A stretch of DNA of 64,000 nucleotides from Gemmatimonadota bacterium (GCA_018672475.1 JABHFS010000001.1:24156-88155), one strand, 5' to 3'; numbered from the stretch's first letter, positions 22,251 to 32,350 are shown. The notes: generated from the sequence alone by a model not told the origin. Program-made: numbers and translations.

Positions 22251-22982
22251 ATGATTGGGGTTGAAATTTGCATCGACTGCGATAGCGGGCAGCCGGTGGA
22301 TGAAGCGGTCGCGGCTGCCTTCGAGGGCGGGGCTGCAACCGTGGAATTGTGCGGAACGATGGCTTGCGACGGGCTGACGCCTACCCAGAAACAGGTTATC
22401 GCAGCGAGAAGAACTTTTAGCACGCGGCCGGGCTTGATGGTGATGATCCGGCCGCGGTCGGGCGGTTTTTGCTATGGGCAACACGAATTGGCGACGATGC
22501 GAAGACAGATCGCCATGGTTGCTGCCGCCGGTGCCGATGGGGTGGTTTTCGGGGTTTTGCATGAATGTGAGCGCCGCATCGACACGGCGGCGTTGCAAGT
22601 ATTACTGGCGACCAGCGCCGAATTTGATTTGTGCGTGACTTTTCACAGGGCCTTTGACGCGGTTGCGGATCCCTTTGTCGCGCTGGAAATATTGATTGAT
22701 GCCGGCGTGGACCGCATCCTGACCAGCGGCACCCCTTGGGGAAAGGAGAAGTCGGCGGTCGATGGTATAGAGCCGTTGCGTCAAATCATTGCGTCGGCGG
22801 CGGGGCGGATCGAGATAGTCGTCGGTGGTGGTATATGTGCATCAAATATACAAGATGTTTTTGCTACGCTTGTCCCTTCGCGGCGCCGAGTTTCGCTACA
22901 TGCGCATTCAGGTGCTCAGCAGGGGGGAATCACTACGGTATCAGCCGTGCAAGCGTTGGTGGCCGCGGCGCGGCCTTTTTAA
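22251..22982 (+). CDS. cutC: Copper homeostasis protein CutC family
   Basis: VEICID, VELC, GLTP, VMIRPRSGGF, TFHRAFD, RILTSG. Confidence 0.92.
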   Translation: MIGVEICIDCDSGQPVDEAVAAAFEGGAATVELCGTMACDGLTPTQKQVIAARRTFSTRPGLMVMIRPRSGGFCYGQHELATMRRQIAMVAAAGADGVVFGVLHECERRIDTAALQVLLATSAEFDLCVTFHRAFDAVADPFVALEILIDAGVDRILTSGTPWGKEKSAVDGIEPLRQIIASAAGRIEIVVGGGICASNIQDVFATLVPSRRRVSLHAHSGAQQGGITTVSAVQALVAAARPF

Positions 22983-22993
22983 AAAAATAGAAT

Positions 22994-23467
22994 ATGGCTC
23001 TGGAGATCGAAAGAAAATACCTCGTTGCCGACACGGCCTTTCTCGATGGTTTGACCGGTGTGTACTTCAAGCAGGGTTATATATCCGCCGGCGAGGGGAC
23101 AACGGTGCGGGTTCGGATTGAGGGTGAACGGGCCGTGATTACGCTCAAGGGAATGAGTAAGGGCATCACGCGCAGCGAATATGAATACGAGATACCCCTC
23201 GCCGACGCTGAGGGCATGCTCGAGGAGTTTTGTCTACGGCCCTTCATCGAAAAAACGCGGTACACCATAATGTGGCGCGGCCAGGCTTGGCAAGTCGACC
23301 TATTTGCGGGTGAGAATAAAGGGCTCGTCGTAGCCGAAATTGAATTGCAGAGCGAGGAAGAGGCGATAGAAAAACCGCCCTGGTTGGGAAAAGAAGTGTC
23401 GGGCGATCCGCGTTATTACAATGGGAGCCTGGTACACAACCCCTATGGTGGATGGTCAGAACGCTAA
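22994..23467 (+). CDS. CYTH domain protein (triphosphate tunnel metalloenzyme)
   Basis: EIERKYLV, QGY, VRVR, RSEYEYEI, EKTRY, AEIEL, DPRYYN. Confidence 0.93.
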   Translation: MALEIERKYLVADTAFLDGLTGVYFKQGYISAGEGTTVRVRIEGERAVITLKGMSKGITRSEYEYEIPLADAEGMLEEFCLRPFIEKTRYTIMWRGQAWQVDLFAGENKGLVVAEIELQSEEEAIEKPPWLGKEVSGDPRYYNGSLVHNPYGGWSER

Positions 23468-23570
23468 TCGGGCGGATACAACAAGGCCGCTTTACCACCA
23501 GGTCCGGCCTGCTATAATTTTAGACGCTTAACAACTGTTTATCGACGCGGTCTCTTGATGGGCCGCATTT

Positions 23571-24449
23571 TTATTTGCCGGTAAAAAGCATGCTCATATC
23601 CAGAGCCGGGGCAGAATGTGTCAGGGCGCCGATAGAGATCAGGTCGACGCCTGTTTCTGCGGCCTCGCGCACCGTTTCTAGGGTATAGCCGCCAGTGGCC
23701 TCGATCTCTATGGTCTGGTTCGATGCGCGAATGGTCTCTACGGCCTGGCGCATAGCTGCCGCGTCCATATTGTCGAGCATGATGCGGTCCGGCCCTTCGG
23801 CCAGTACGTCCTGGACTTCGTCGAGGTTTTCGGTCTCGACGAAGATCGGCACGCGCTTGTCGAGGTTTTGCAGCCGGGCTTTGGCTACGGCTTGACCGAC
23901 GCCGCCGGCGGCCGCCGCGTGGTTTTCCTTGATCAGTACCGCGTCGTACAGACCCATGCGGTGATTGACGCCGCCGCCCAATTGCACGGCCCATTTTTGC
24001 AGTTGGCGCCAGCCCGGAGTGGTCTTGCGGGTGTCGGTAATGCGCGCGGAGGTGCCCTCGATAGCGTCGACGAACAGGCCGGTGAGGGTGGCGACGCCGG
24101 AGAGTTGTTGGAGAAAATTGAGCGCGGTGCGTTCGCCGGCCAACAACGCCCGGGCCGATCCCTGGAGACGGATCAACACCTCGTCCGCCGCGACCGGTGC
24201 GCCGTCCTCGACTTGGGGTAGGAAACGGATGCGTTCGTCTAAGCGGGCGAAGACGGCGCGGGCTACTTCGATACCGGCACTAATACCGGCTTGGCGGGCG
24301 ATGATGCGGGCGCTGTCTTCGGCGTCTTTGGCCACCGTCCAGGCTGCGGTCAAATCGGCTTCAACGTCAATCGTGCCCAAGTCCTCGCGCAATGCCAGAT
24401 CGACTAGTTGTTCGTAAGTGGCTGGTGGGTTTGATGCAGTGATGGTCAT
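23571..24449 (-). CDS. nadC: Quinolinate phosphoribosyltransferase
   Basis: ERTALNFLQ, DTRKTTPG, NHRMGLYD, IKENH, MLDNM, SIGALTHS. Confidence 0.96.
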   Translation of the reverse strand: MTITASNPPATYEQLVDLALREDLGTIDVEADLTAAWTVAKDAEDSARIIARQAGISAGIEVARAVFARLDERIRFLPQVEDGAPVAADEVLIRLQGSARALLAGERTALNFLQQLSGVATLTGLFVDAIEGTSARITDTRKTTPGWRQLQKWAVQLGGGVNHRMGLYDAVLIKENHAAAAGGVGQAVAKARLQNLDKRVPIFVETENLDEVQDVLAEGPDRIMLDNMDAAAMRQAVETIRASNQTIEIEATGGYTLETVREAAETGVDLISIGALTHSAPALDMSMLFTGK

Positions 24450-24729
24450 TTTTTCTCTTTTTCGACGGTTGCCGTATTGAACTGGTCGAGGTTGCCGATG
24501 CAGGTTTCTTGCGCCTCGAGCGAATTCTTCTCCTCCTGCAAAATTTCGAGATCAAGCGTGAGGGTGTCAAACGCCTCGCTATTGCTTTTTAGGCGAGCCT
24601 ACAGGTGCTTTTTTTTGTAGGCGGCTCCGTTCGTCTTTGCATGACCCCGCCGCGGACCGCGTATTGCGTTAAGGTGACGACGATCAGTCCGCCGAAGACG
24701 GTTAGCAGGATGATGTAGAATATTTCTAA
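24446..24729 (-). pseudogene. Small TM/coiled-coil protein gene disrupted by an IS, with a frameshift and a stop
   Basis: Minus strand reads LEIFYIILLTVFGGLIVVTLTQY.., then shifts frame to ..HL*ARLKSNSEAFDTLTLDLEILQEEKNSLEAQE..; its stop overlaps the nadC start. Confidence 0.55.
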
Positions 24730-25496
24730 GAGGTTGTTTTAAAAAAGTAAATTAGTAGCAATTGCAGGTGCGTATTCACTCGGCGATACTTAGGTGTCTG
24801 CAAAGAATCCTGAACCGAAAGGGCCAAGATGAGTACGCAGGATCAATATCCGACAGACGCGACGGATGGGCAATGGCATCTTCTTCAACGACTGCTGCCC
24901 AAGCCGCGTTGGCAACCCGGTGGGGAGGGAGAGACGGGGTCGCCGCCCGCTGCCTTTGGCGTCAGGTGCTCAACGGAGTGCTTTATGTGACGAAAACTGG
25001 CTGCCAATGGCGACAATTGCCGCCGAGTTTCGGCCGATGGTCTACAATCTATGGCTACTTCAATCGCTAGGCTCAAGAAGGGATCTGGCAACAGATCCCA
25101 CACCGTGCTCTAATACAACGCGAGCGCCAACGCCGAAGGACGGCCCTCGATGTCTTCGGCGGGCAGTATCGATAGTCAATCGATTAAGACGGCTCACCAA
25201 CCAGGACCCAAGGGTTTCGACACGGGTAAACCGGTCAACGGTCGGCAACGACCTTGCTTGGTCGATACTTTAGGCATGATCGACTTGGAGGTCGTCAAGG
25301 AAAAAGGGGCCGGTTTTACCGTATTACCCCGTCGATGGGTCGTCGAACGCACCTTTTTGCCTGACGGTTGAATTACCGCCGGCATAGAAAGGATTACGGA
25401 GTCCTAACCCGCAATAGTGAAGCTTTCATTCAAGCCGCTATGATTCAGCTGTTGGTTAGACGACTTGCGAAAAAATAGGTTTCTTAAAATAGCCTC
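24730..25496 (+). mobile_element. Degenerate IS5-family (IS1031-like) insertion sequence
   Basis: Terminal IRs GAGGTTGTTTTAAAAA / TTCTTAAAATAGCCTC (3 mismatches); TAA duplicated at 24727-24729 and 25497-25499; transposase remnants KTGCQWRQLP, IDSQSIKT, VDTLG, RRWVVERTF with stops and frameshifts. Confidence 0.92.
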
Positions 25497-25758
25497 TAAG
25501 CTAAACGTCGGCAGTTTCCCAGCCCAGCCAAGGTGTGTTCGACAATCCAGCGTTTGGGTTGTATCTGAAATCCATTGTTGGTTTTTTCTACGATGTCGAC
25601 GCGTCGATTGACGCTCTTGCGTTGAATTGACACTAACCGAGTGCATCGCTACCTTTTTTCCGGTTTTTTGAACGCGGTATCGAGGGGCGTCGGGCCGCTT
25701 GGGTTTTACCCGCCGCGTTCTCCCTTCAGATTGTGGGTGCCCTTTCCCCTTCGTCATT

Positions 25759-26967
25759 GTGAATTTTAATTCGATATCATCGCGCGGCGCGTTCAAGCGC
25801 CTTGTTCAGCCGTTGGCTCTGCTCTTCTGCTCGGTCCTGTTGGTCGCTTGTGTCCCGGGCGATAGCAACGTCGAGCAACTGGCCCCCGGTGTGGTCTACC
25901 ACAAAATCCATCTGCTCGAAGGGCCGTGGTGGATCCACGTGATCGAAGTGGATCTACCCGAAGCTTGGGCGGCGGGTGTTCGCTTGCGCACGGCGATGGG
26001 GCATTCGGAGCGGGGTGGGGTGCAGAAAACCAGCAGTCTGGCGGCCGGCGCTCTGGCGGGGATCAACGGCGACTATCTCTACACCAGTAAGACCAGTCAC
26101 ACCGCGGGTTTGCAGATTGCCGCTGGAAGTCTAATCCGCACCCCCCAGCGGCAATCGGCTTTCGCCATTTCTGGCGCAGGTAAGCCGTTGATTGCGGTCT
26201 ATCAAATGGAATTGGGCGTGTTGACGGCGGCGGGTGAGGATTTGCGCGCCCAGGGTTTTAACCGCGAGCCGAGTAGCAAGGAACTGGTCGTCTATAACCA
26301 CTACGCGCAGGTATGGCACGATTCGGTCCACGCGGCGCGGGGATTCTTGTTGCAGGGTTTAGACGGCGAATCGACCATTAACGATACCGTCATTACCCGG
26401 GTGCAGCAGGTCCGGCGGCGGGCTTGGCCGTTGTTTTTGGAACCCGGCCAATGGTTGTTGGCCGCCGGGGCTGAATACGACGCTTCGTCGTCGATCGCTC
26501 CAGGTGACACGGTGGGTCTCTATTGCCGTCTACCACCTGCCCATGACAAAATGGTGGAAGCGGTCGGTGGTGGACCGCGGATCCTGCGCGATGGTGCGAT
26601 CTCAATTGAAGTTGAAAAAGAGAGACTCAGCCGAACCTTTGCCGACGAGCGCCACCCGCGCACGGCGATTGGCTATTCGCAAAATGGGCAAGTGCTCTTC
26701 CTAATCGCCGTCGACGGACGACAACCGGGACATAGCGTCGGTATGAGTTTGCAGGAATTGGCCGAGTTTATGCGTATGCGACTGGCCGATTTTTCTTTCT
26801 CCAAGGAAAACGCCTACCAAGGCCTCAATCTCGACGGCGGTGGATCGACGACGATGGTTGTTGGCGACCAGGTCGTCAACAGCCCTTCAGATCCCACGGG
26901 TGAGCGGCCGGTGGCCAATGCCTTGTTGGTCGTTGCCCCACCCGAGGGTGGAGAGGATAAACCCTAA
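25759..26967 (+). CDS. Phosphodiester glycosidase (NAGPA-like) family protein, possible lipoprotein; start uncertain
   Basis: INGD, GGGP, RHPRTAIG, VDGRQ, NLDGGGSTT, ERPVANAL; LLVAC lipobox. Confidence 0.85.
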   Translation: MNFNSISSRGAFKRLVQPLALLFCSVLLVACVPGDSNVEQLAPGVVYHKIHLLEGPWWIHVIEVDLPEAWAAGVRLRTAMGHSERGGVQKTSSLAAGALAGINGDYLYTSKTSHTAGLQIAAGSLIRTPQRQSAFAISGAGKPLIAVYQMELGVLTAAGEDLRAQGFNREPSSKELVVYNHYAQVWHDSVHAARGFLLQGLDGESTINDTVITRVQQVRRRAWPLFLEPGQWLLAAGAEYDASSSIAPGDTVGLYCRLPPAHDKMVEAVGGGPRILRDGAISIEVEKERLSRTFADERHPRTAIGYSQNGQVLFLIAVDGRQPGHSVGMSLQELAEFMRMRLADFSFSKENAYQGLNLDGGGSTTMVVGDQVVNSPSDPTGERPVANALLVVAPPEGGEDKP

Positions 26968-28031
26968 TGCCCACGTTGCAACCACAGGACCTCGACACTT
27001 TGGCCCGGGCCTGCCTTGGCCGGGTCGGTGTGCCGGCAGTAGATGCCGCGCTCGTCGCCGATCACCTGGTCGAAGCGGGTTTGATGGGGCACGATACCCA
27101 CAGTGTATTGCGCTTGCCGCAATATGTGAATATGGCGCGCGAAGGGGTAGTCGAATTGGGGGCCGAGTTGCAGGTTTTGCAGCAAAGCGATTATGGTGCC
27201 CAGTTGAGTGGTGGTTGGAATTATGGCCCAGTGACGGCGACTCGGGCCGTGGAACTGGCGCTCGAGAAAGTGCGGGACGGGGCGATTTCGGTGGTCGGGG
27301 TACGCGATTGCAATCACGTTGCCCGGCTCGGTCGTTTCGCCGAATTGGCTACCCGCGAAGATTGTATCTGCCTAATGGTGGCCAACGGGCACGGCGGTGA
27401 TTGCTCGGTGGCGCCCTTTGGCGGTCGCACTCGTCGCTTGCCGACTAACCCAATCTGCTGTGGCATCCCCACGGGTGGCGATTGGCCGGTTATTCTGGAT
27501 ATGACGACCAGCATGATCTCGGGCGGCGATATGCGGCTTTTACGCAATAAGGGCGAAGACGCGCCGGAGGGCATGCTGATTGACGGCAACGGTAACCCGA
27601 CGATAAAGGTCGAAGAATATTATGGGCCGCCGCCGGGCGCGATTCTGCCGTTGGGTTACCCGGGCAGCGGGCATAAGGGGTATGGGCTTTCGGTGATGGT
27701 CGATATTTTGGCTGGGTCGGTATCTGGTGCGGGGATGACGGAGGAGGCGCCTGAGCGCACGGGCAACGCGCTTTTTATCGCCATGCTCAAGGTCGAAGCT
27801 TTTCAGCCTTTGGCCGAATTTTACGGTGAGGTCCAAGGATTCATCGAGTATGTCAAATCGTGTCCACCTACGGCGGGCTTTGACGAGGTCTATCTGCCGG
27901 GAGAGCGGGCGCATCGGCGGATGTTGGTTAGACGGCGGGAGGGCTTGTATGTGGATGAGGGGGCTTGGGAGGAGATTGGTGAGTTGGCAGGTGAGTTGTC
28001 GGTGGAGTTGCCGGAGTCGGTTGGGGAGTAG
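26967..28031 (+). CDS. Ldh_2 family (malate/L-lactate-type) dehydrogenase
   Basis: GHDTH, NHVARLG, PTNP, LDMTTS, GHKGYGL, YLPGE. Confidence 0.9.
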   Translation: MPTLQPQDLDTLARACLGRVGVPAVDAALVADHLVEAGLMGHDTHSVLRLPQYVNMAREGVVELGAELQVLQQSDYGAQLSGGWNYGPVTATRAVELALEKVRDGAISVVGVRDCNHVARLGRFAELATREDCICLMVANGHGGDCSVAPFGGRTRRLPTNPICCGIPTGGDWPVILDMTTSMISGGDMRLLRNKGEDAPEGMLIDGNGNPTIKVEEYYGPPPGAILPLGYPGSGHKGYGLSVMVDILAGSVSGAGMTEEAPERTGNALFIAMLKVEAFQPLAEFYGEVQGFIEYVKSCPPTAGFDEVYLPGERAHRRMLVRRREGLYVDEGAWEEIGELAGELSVELPESVGE

Positions 28032-28118
28032 GCGGGGATGTGTGATCACCGCTCAGACAGTTATTGGCTAATTTAGCATAACACTAATTTTGAGATCAAC
28101 TTAAAAGGGAGAGAAGCG

Positions 28119-29114
28119 ATGTTGCAGATTGGTATAGTTGGTTTAGGGGGGATTGGGAATAATCACGCGCGTTGTTATACGGCGAACAAATACAGTAAGC
28201 TCGTCGCGGTATGTGATGTGATCAAGGAGAAGGCGGATGCGGCGGCGGAGCAATATGGGGCGCAGGCTTTTTATAGTGTCAAGCAAATGCTCAAGAGTGG
28301 GATTAAGCTCGATGGGTGTTCGGTGACGACGGCGGGGGTGGAGAATGGTAGCGACCATTACAACCCGACGATGGAGTTGTTGCAGGCCGGTATTCCAGTG
28401 TTGGGGGAGAAGCCGATTTCGAACGATGTCGCGAAAGCGCGTAAAATGGTGGCGTTGGCGAAGAAGAAGCGGGTGCGCTACGGAATCAATTTGAACCACC
28501 GTTTTACGCCGGCGGCGGTCAAGGCCAAAGAGTGGTTGCAGGGCGGGCGCTTGGGCGAGCTTAACATTGTCAATATGACGATGTGGATCAATAACCCCAA
28601 CGAGTCGAGCCCATGGTTTCATATCCGTGCGCTGCATCCGCACTCGCTGGATGTGATGAGCTATTTTGCCGGCGAAGTAGATCAGGTGCAGGCCTTTTTC
28701 AAGAAGGGCAAGGGGCGCAAGATCTGGTCCAATGTACAAGCCAATCTCTTATACAAGAACGGAGTAATCGGGCATCTGACCGGTTCGTACGACGCGGGCG
28801 GTAGTTATGGCTTGGAGACCTTGGAGTTGGTAGGCTCGGAGGGGCGGGTGGTTATTAACGAGGCTTGTGAGAAGCTGAGTTATTATCCGCGTTTTTCCAA
28901 AGAGGTGGAGAGTTTTGACCATCTTGGTGGGATGGGGAGTTTTGGCGATACCTTTCCTTCGCGCATAGGCGCTTGGGTGGACGACTTGCGCAAGAAGGTG
29001 GCGCCTTCGAAGATTGACGCGAAGGCGGAGGATGCGTTGAAGGTGCAATTGGTGATTGAATCTATTATTAAGAGTTGGGAAACCGGTAAGGTGGTGAAGG
29101 TGCCGCAGAAGTAG
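28119..29114 (+). CDS. Gfo/Idh/MocA family oxidoreductase
   Basis: GIVGLGGIG, EKP, NLNHRFTP. Confidence 0.92.
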   Translation: MLQIGIVGLGGIGNNHARCYTANKYSKLVAVCDVIKEKADAAAEQYGAQAFYSVKQMLKSGIKLDGCSVTTAGVENGSDHYNPTMELLQAGIPVLGEKPISNDVAKARKMVALAKKKRVRYGINLNHRFTPAAVKAKEWLQGGRLGELNIVNMTMWINNPNESSPWFHIRALHPHSLDVMSYFAGEVDQVQAFFKKGKGRKIWSNVQANLLYKNGVIGHLTGSYDAGGSYGLETLELVGSEGRVVINEACEKLSYYPRFSKEVESFDHLGGMGSFGDTFPSRIGAWVDDLRKKVAPSKIDAKAEDALKVQLVIESIIKSWETGKVVKVPQK

Positions 29115-29135
29115 TTGATGGTGTTGTGCGGGGAC

Positions 29136-29302
29136 GGTCCATCTTGGGATAATCCCCTTGCTCATGCACGCATCGCTGCGCGATAGGCGCCCTGGGGGAA
29201 CTTGGAACACACTACTGTGTTCCTCCGAGGGCAGTCCCCGATTTCACTGTCCTGTGAAATCGGGGACTGCAAATCCGCTGTGGGGATATCCTCAGACGGA
29301 CC
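29136..29302. repeat. Nested palindromic (REP/MITE-like) element
   Basis: Imperfect outer IR 29136-29157 / 29282-29302; perfect 17-bp inner stem 29231-29247 / 29254-29270. Confidence 0.7.
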
Positions 29303-29373
29303 TCAGCCATGTCGGATAGATTTTATAGGGCTTGGAGAATGAGAGAGTAAAACGATAACATTGGATTGATATT

Positions 29374-30372
29374 ATGCAGAGAGTGGGAGTGATTGGTTTG
29401 GGGCCTATCGGCAATAGGCATGCCAGCATATACGCGGCGATGGAGAATGCGGAGTTAGCCGGGGTTTGTGATGTGGATCGCGAGCGGGCGGATGCTACGG
29501 CGGCGCGTCTTGGCGTTAGAGCATTTTATAGTGTGCAGGAAATGTTGGGCGAGGTCGAGTTGCATATGGCGAGTGTGGCGACCGGGGGGGAAGAGTATGG
29601 CAGCGACCACTATCAGCCGACGATCGAGGCGCTGGAGGGCGGTTTGCACGTCTTGTGCGAGAAGCCGATTTCCAATGAGATCGCGCCGGCAGAGCAGATG
29701 GTGGCACTCGCCAAGGAGAAGGGGCTTTGTTTCGGCGTCGACTTGAACCATCGTTTTACGCCGGCGGCGCGGTTGGCCAAGCAGTGGATGGAGGACGGCC
29801 GGGTCGGACACTTGCTCTTTATGAATATGAGCATGTGGATCCAGAATCCGCGCGAGTCGAGTCCGTGGTTTCAGATTAAGGCGCTGCACCCGCACACCGT
29901 CGATATCATGCGCTATTATTGCGGCGATATTGAGGCGGTGCAGTGTTTCGCGGTGAAGGCACCGGGGCGGTCAATCTATTCGACGGCGCAATTCAATATG
30001 CGCTTTAAGAATGGTTGCCTGGGGCACCTGACCGGCTCGTATGACATTGAACGCGGGCATCCGATGGAACGATGTGAAGTGGCGGGGCTGAAGGGGCGCT
30101 TTGTAATCGACGATATGTATCGCGAGGCGACGCTGTATCCGGCGGGTGATATGGAGAAGCGGGTTTTTTCGAACCCGGTCTTCGGCGGCATGCGCGACTT
30201 CGAGGATACGTTCGTAAATCGCTTGGGGCATTTTGTCGAGCAGTTAGAGGAGGGGGCCAAGCCGGAGGATATCGACGGGTCAGGGCACGACGGGCTGCAG
30301 GCGCAAAAGGTGCTGGCGGCGGCGATTGAGTCGGTGAAACGGGAAGAAATAGTTTACGTCGAGGAACAATAG
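29374..30372 (+). CDS. Gfo/Idh/MocA family oxidoreductase (paralog of 28119-29114)
   Basis: Shares GSDHY, EKPISN, LNHRFTPAA, NPxESSPWF, ALHPH, GHLTGSYD with the upstream gene. Confidence 0.92.
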   Translation: MQRVGVIGLGPIGNRHASIYAAMENAELAGVCDVDRERADATAARLGVRAFYSVQEMLGEVELHMASVATGGEEYGSDHYQPTIEALEGGLHVLCEKPISNEIAPAEQMVALAKEKGLCFGVDLNHRFTPAARLAKQWMEDGRVGHLLFMNMSMWIQNPRESSPWFQIKALHPHTVDIMRYYCGDIEAVQCFAVKAPGRSIYSTAQFNMRFKNGCLGHLTGSYDIERGHPMERCEVAGLKGRFVIDDMYREATLYPAGDMEKRVFSNPVFGGMRDFEDTFVNRLGHFVEQLEEGAKPEDIDGSGHDGLQAQKVLAAAIESVKREEIVYVEEQ

Positions 30373-31013
30373 TGCAATACAACGAAAAAATGCTCGCGGC
30401 CAAGGCCAAGCTCTTAGAGCGCTTCAAAAAACAGGAGCCGCGCCAAACGGACCCGAACCAAGAACGCTTGCCTCCGGGGCAACACCTGACGAATGGATTC
30501 CCTGTGCTCGACCTCGGTGTCAGACCGAAGTTCAACCCCGAAAGCTGGCGCTTTAAGGTTGAGGGTTTGGTTGAGGAGCCGTTCGATCTAGGCTGGGATG
30601 AATTCCAGGCCTTGCCGCGCGAAAAGCAGACGTCCGACTTCCACTGTGTGACGACCTGGTCGAAATACGATGTCGATTGGGATGGCGTGAGGTTTGTCGA
30701 TTTGGCCGCGATCGTGCGTCCCACCGAAGAGGCAAATTTTGTAATCGCGCACGGTTGCGACGACTACACGACAAACCTGCCGCTGGCGGATTGCCTCGAC
30801 CAGGACGTGATATTAGCGGACCGGCTCTATGGCCAGCCGCTGCCGATTGAACACGGCGGGCCTATGCGATTGATCGTACCGGCGCTATACGCTTGGAAAT
30901 CGGCCAAGTTTTTACAGAAACTGGTCTTTGTCGCGGAGGATCAGCCGGGTTTTTGGGAGGAACGGGGTTACCACGACCGCGGCGACCCCTGGCAGGAAGA
31001 GCGCTACGGCTAG
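30372..31013 (+). CDS. Sulfite oxidase-like molybdopterin oxidoreductase (YuiH-like)
   Basis: RLPPGQ, DFHCVTTWS, YTTNLPL, EHGGPMRL, YAWKSAK, GFWEERGYH. Confidence 0.92.
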   Translation: MQYNEKMLAAKAKLLERFKKQEPRQTDPNQERLPPGQHLTNGFPVLDLGVRPKFNPESWRFKVEGLVEEPFDLGWDEFQALPREKQTSDFHCVTTWSKYDVDWDGVRFVDLAAIVRPTEEANFVIAHGCDDYTTNLPLADCLDQDVILADRLYGQPLPIEHGGPMRLIVPALYAWKSAKFLQKLVFVAEDQPGFWEERGYHDRGDPWQEERYG

Positions 31014-31513
31014 AAGCTGTTCAGGTCGTAACGGACGGCGTTGAGCGCGCTTGTTAGTGCACGACCGGCTTCGTCGGCTTCGGCGAGTCTTACGCCGAAT
31101 TGTTCGAAAAATGCAGAATCGTTTAGACGGGCGCCCTCGATGGCCAGGTCGAAGGCCTCCAGGCGCAGGCGCAGATAGTTGCGCAGGTGTTTGTGCACGG
31201 TGGCCAATTCTGGGGCGGGAGTAATTTCCTGCACCTTGTTGGAGAGCGCGATAAGCTTCGGATGGAAGTGAGATTGGATCAGCGGGACGATCACGTCGCT
31301 GGAGACTGAGTCGGCGGGTACGGCGCGGGCGATTTCCATATCCAACGAGCGCAGCTCTTGCAATAGCGGCTTGAGGTGGCCGAGATAGGCGTCGATGGCC
31401 CCTGCGGTGGTGCGAGGCACTTCTTCTTCGGTGATTTCGCCGCAACCGAGTGCGATAAGGCAGCATCCCATCGCGCCCAAAAATTTTGTCAACACGTGTT
31501 TTAATCCCTTCAT
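31010..31513 (-). CDS. Hypothetical helical lipoprotein
   Basis: Signal-like N-terminus with ALGC lipobox; coupled to the upstream MBL gene. Confidence 0.65.
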   Translation of the reverse strand: MKGLKHVLTKFLGAMGCCLIALGCGEITEEEVPRTTAGAIDAYLGHLKPLLQELRSLDMEIARAVPADSVSSDVIVPLIQSHFHPKLIALSNKVQEITPAPELATVHKHLRNYLRLRLEAFDLAIEGARLNDSAFFEQFGVRLAEADEAGRALTSALNAVRYDLNSF

Positions 31514-32337
31514 AGTGCGTATTCGGTTCCTTCGCGTCCGGCGTCGACGGCTACGCCGTTTCCTGAACAGGCCGCTAAAATGGTGTCTATTTCTGTATCA
31601 CTGCGGTCGGGGTGGTGACTGAAGAGCACTAGCCTGCCGACTTTGGCCCGTACGGCGATATCGATGCCGTCATCAATAGAGCAATGACCCCTGCCGCGAT
31701 GTTTCGGGTATTCTTCGGAGGTTAGCATGGCGTCGTGGAAGAGCAGGTCGACGCCTGCAATAAGATCAATGACCTGTTGGCGATGCGCTTCTTGTAAATA
31801 CTCGACATCGGGTAAATAAGCGATCGAACGTCCGTTGGCTTCGATGCGGAAGCCCAGGCAGGTTATGCCTGCTTGATGGTTGATGAGGGCGGTTTTTATT
31901 TTTGCCGTGCCGATAGAAAAATCACTTGCTTCGACGTCTTCGACGACCACATCGGCTCCGATGCCCTCGAGGAAAAAATTTGGCACGGGGCAAAAAATGG
32001 TGTCCATCTGGGTTCGGAGTTGGGAGGGCAGCGCAGTATCGGGGCCGTAGATGGTGACGTGGTTCCCCGGTATTAACATCGGTATAAAGAAGGGGATGCC
32101 CTGGATATGATCCCAGTGGACGTGGGTCAGGAGGATATGCGCGCGGCCCTGGCCCCGTCCGAAGTCGCCTTTAAGCAGATCGTTGCCCAACCAATGCAGG
32201 CCCATGCCCGCGTCGAGGATGAGTGTGTGGGTGCCCTCGACCTGAACTTCGAGGCAGACGGTATTGCCCCCGTGGATCTGGGTGTTCGGGTGGGGGGTGG
32301 GCACCTGTGCGCGGGTGCCCCAAAGCTTGACCTTCAA
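31510..32337 (-). CDS. MBL-fold metallohydrolase (RNase Z/phosphodiesterase-like)
   Basis: TTG start after AAGAGAGG; WGTR, GGNT, LDAG, THVHWDHIQG, HDA, GHCS, SHHP. Confidence 0.88.
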   Translation of the reverse strand: MKVKLWGTRAQVPTPHPNTQIHGGNTVCLEVQVEGTHTLILDAGMGLHWLGNDLLKGDFGRGQGRAHILLTHVHWDHIQGIPFFIPMLIPGNHVTIYGPDTALPSQLRTQMDTIFCPVPNFFLEGIGADVVVEDVEASDFSIGTAKIKTALINHQAGITCLGFRIEANGRSIAYLPDVEYLQEAHRQQVIDLIAGVDLLFHDAMLTSEEYPKHRGRGHCSIDDGIDIAVRAKVGRLVLFSHHPDRSDTEIDTILAACSGNGVAVDAGREGTEYAL

Positions 32338-32350
32338 GGTTGAACCTCTC

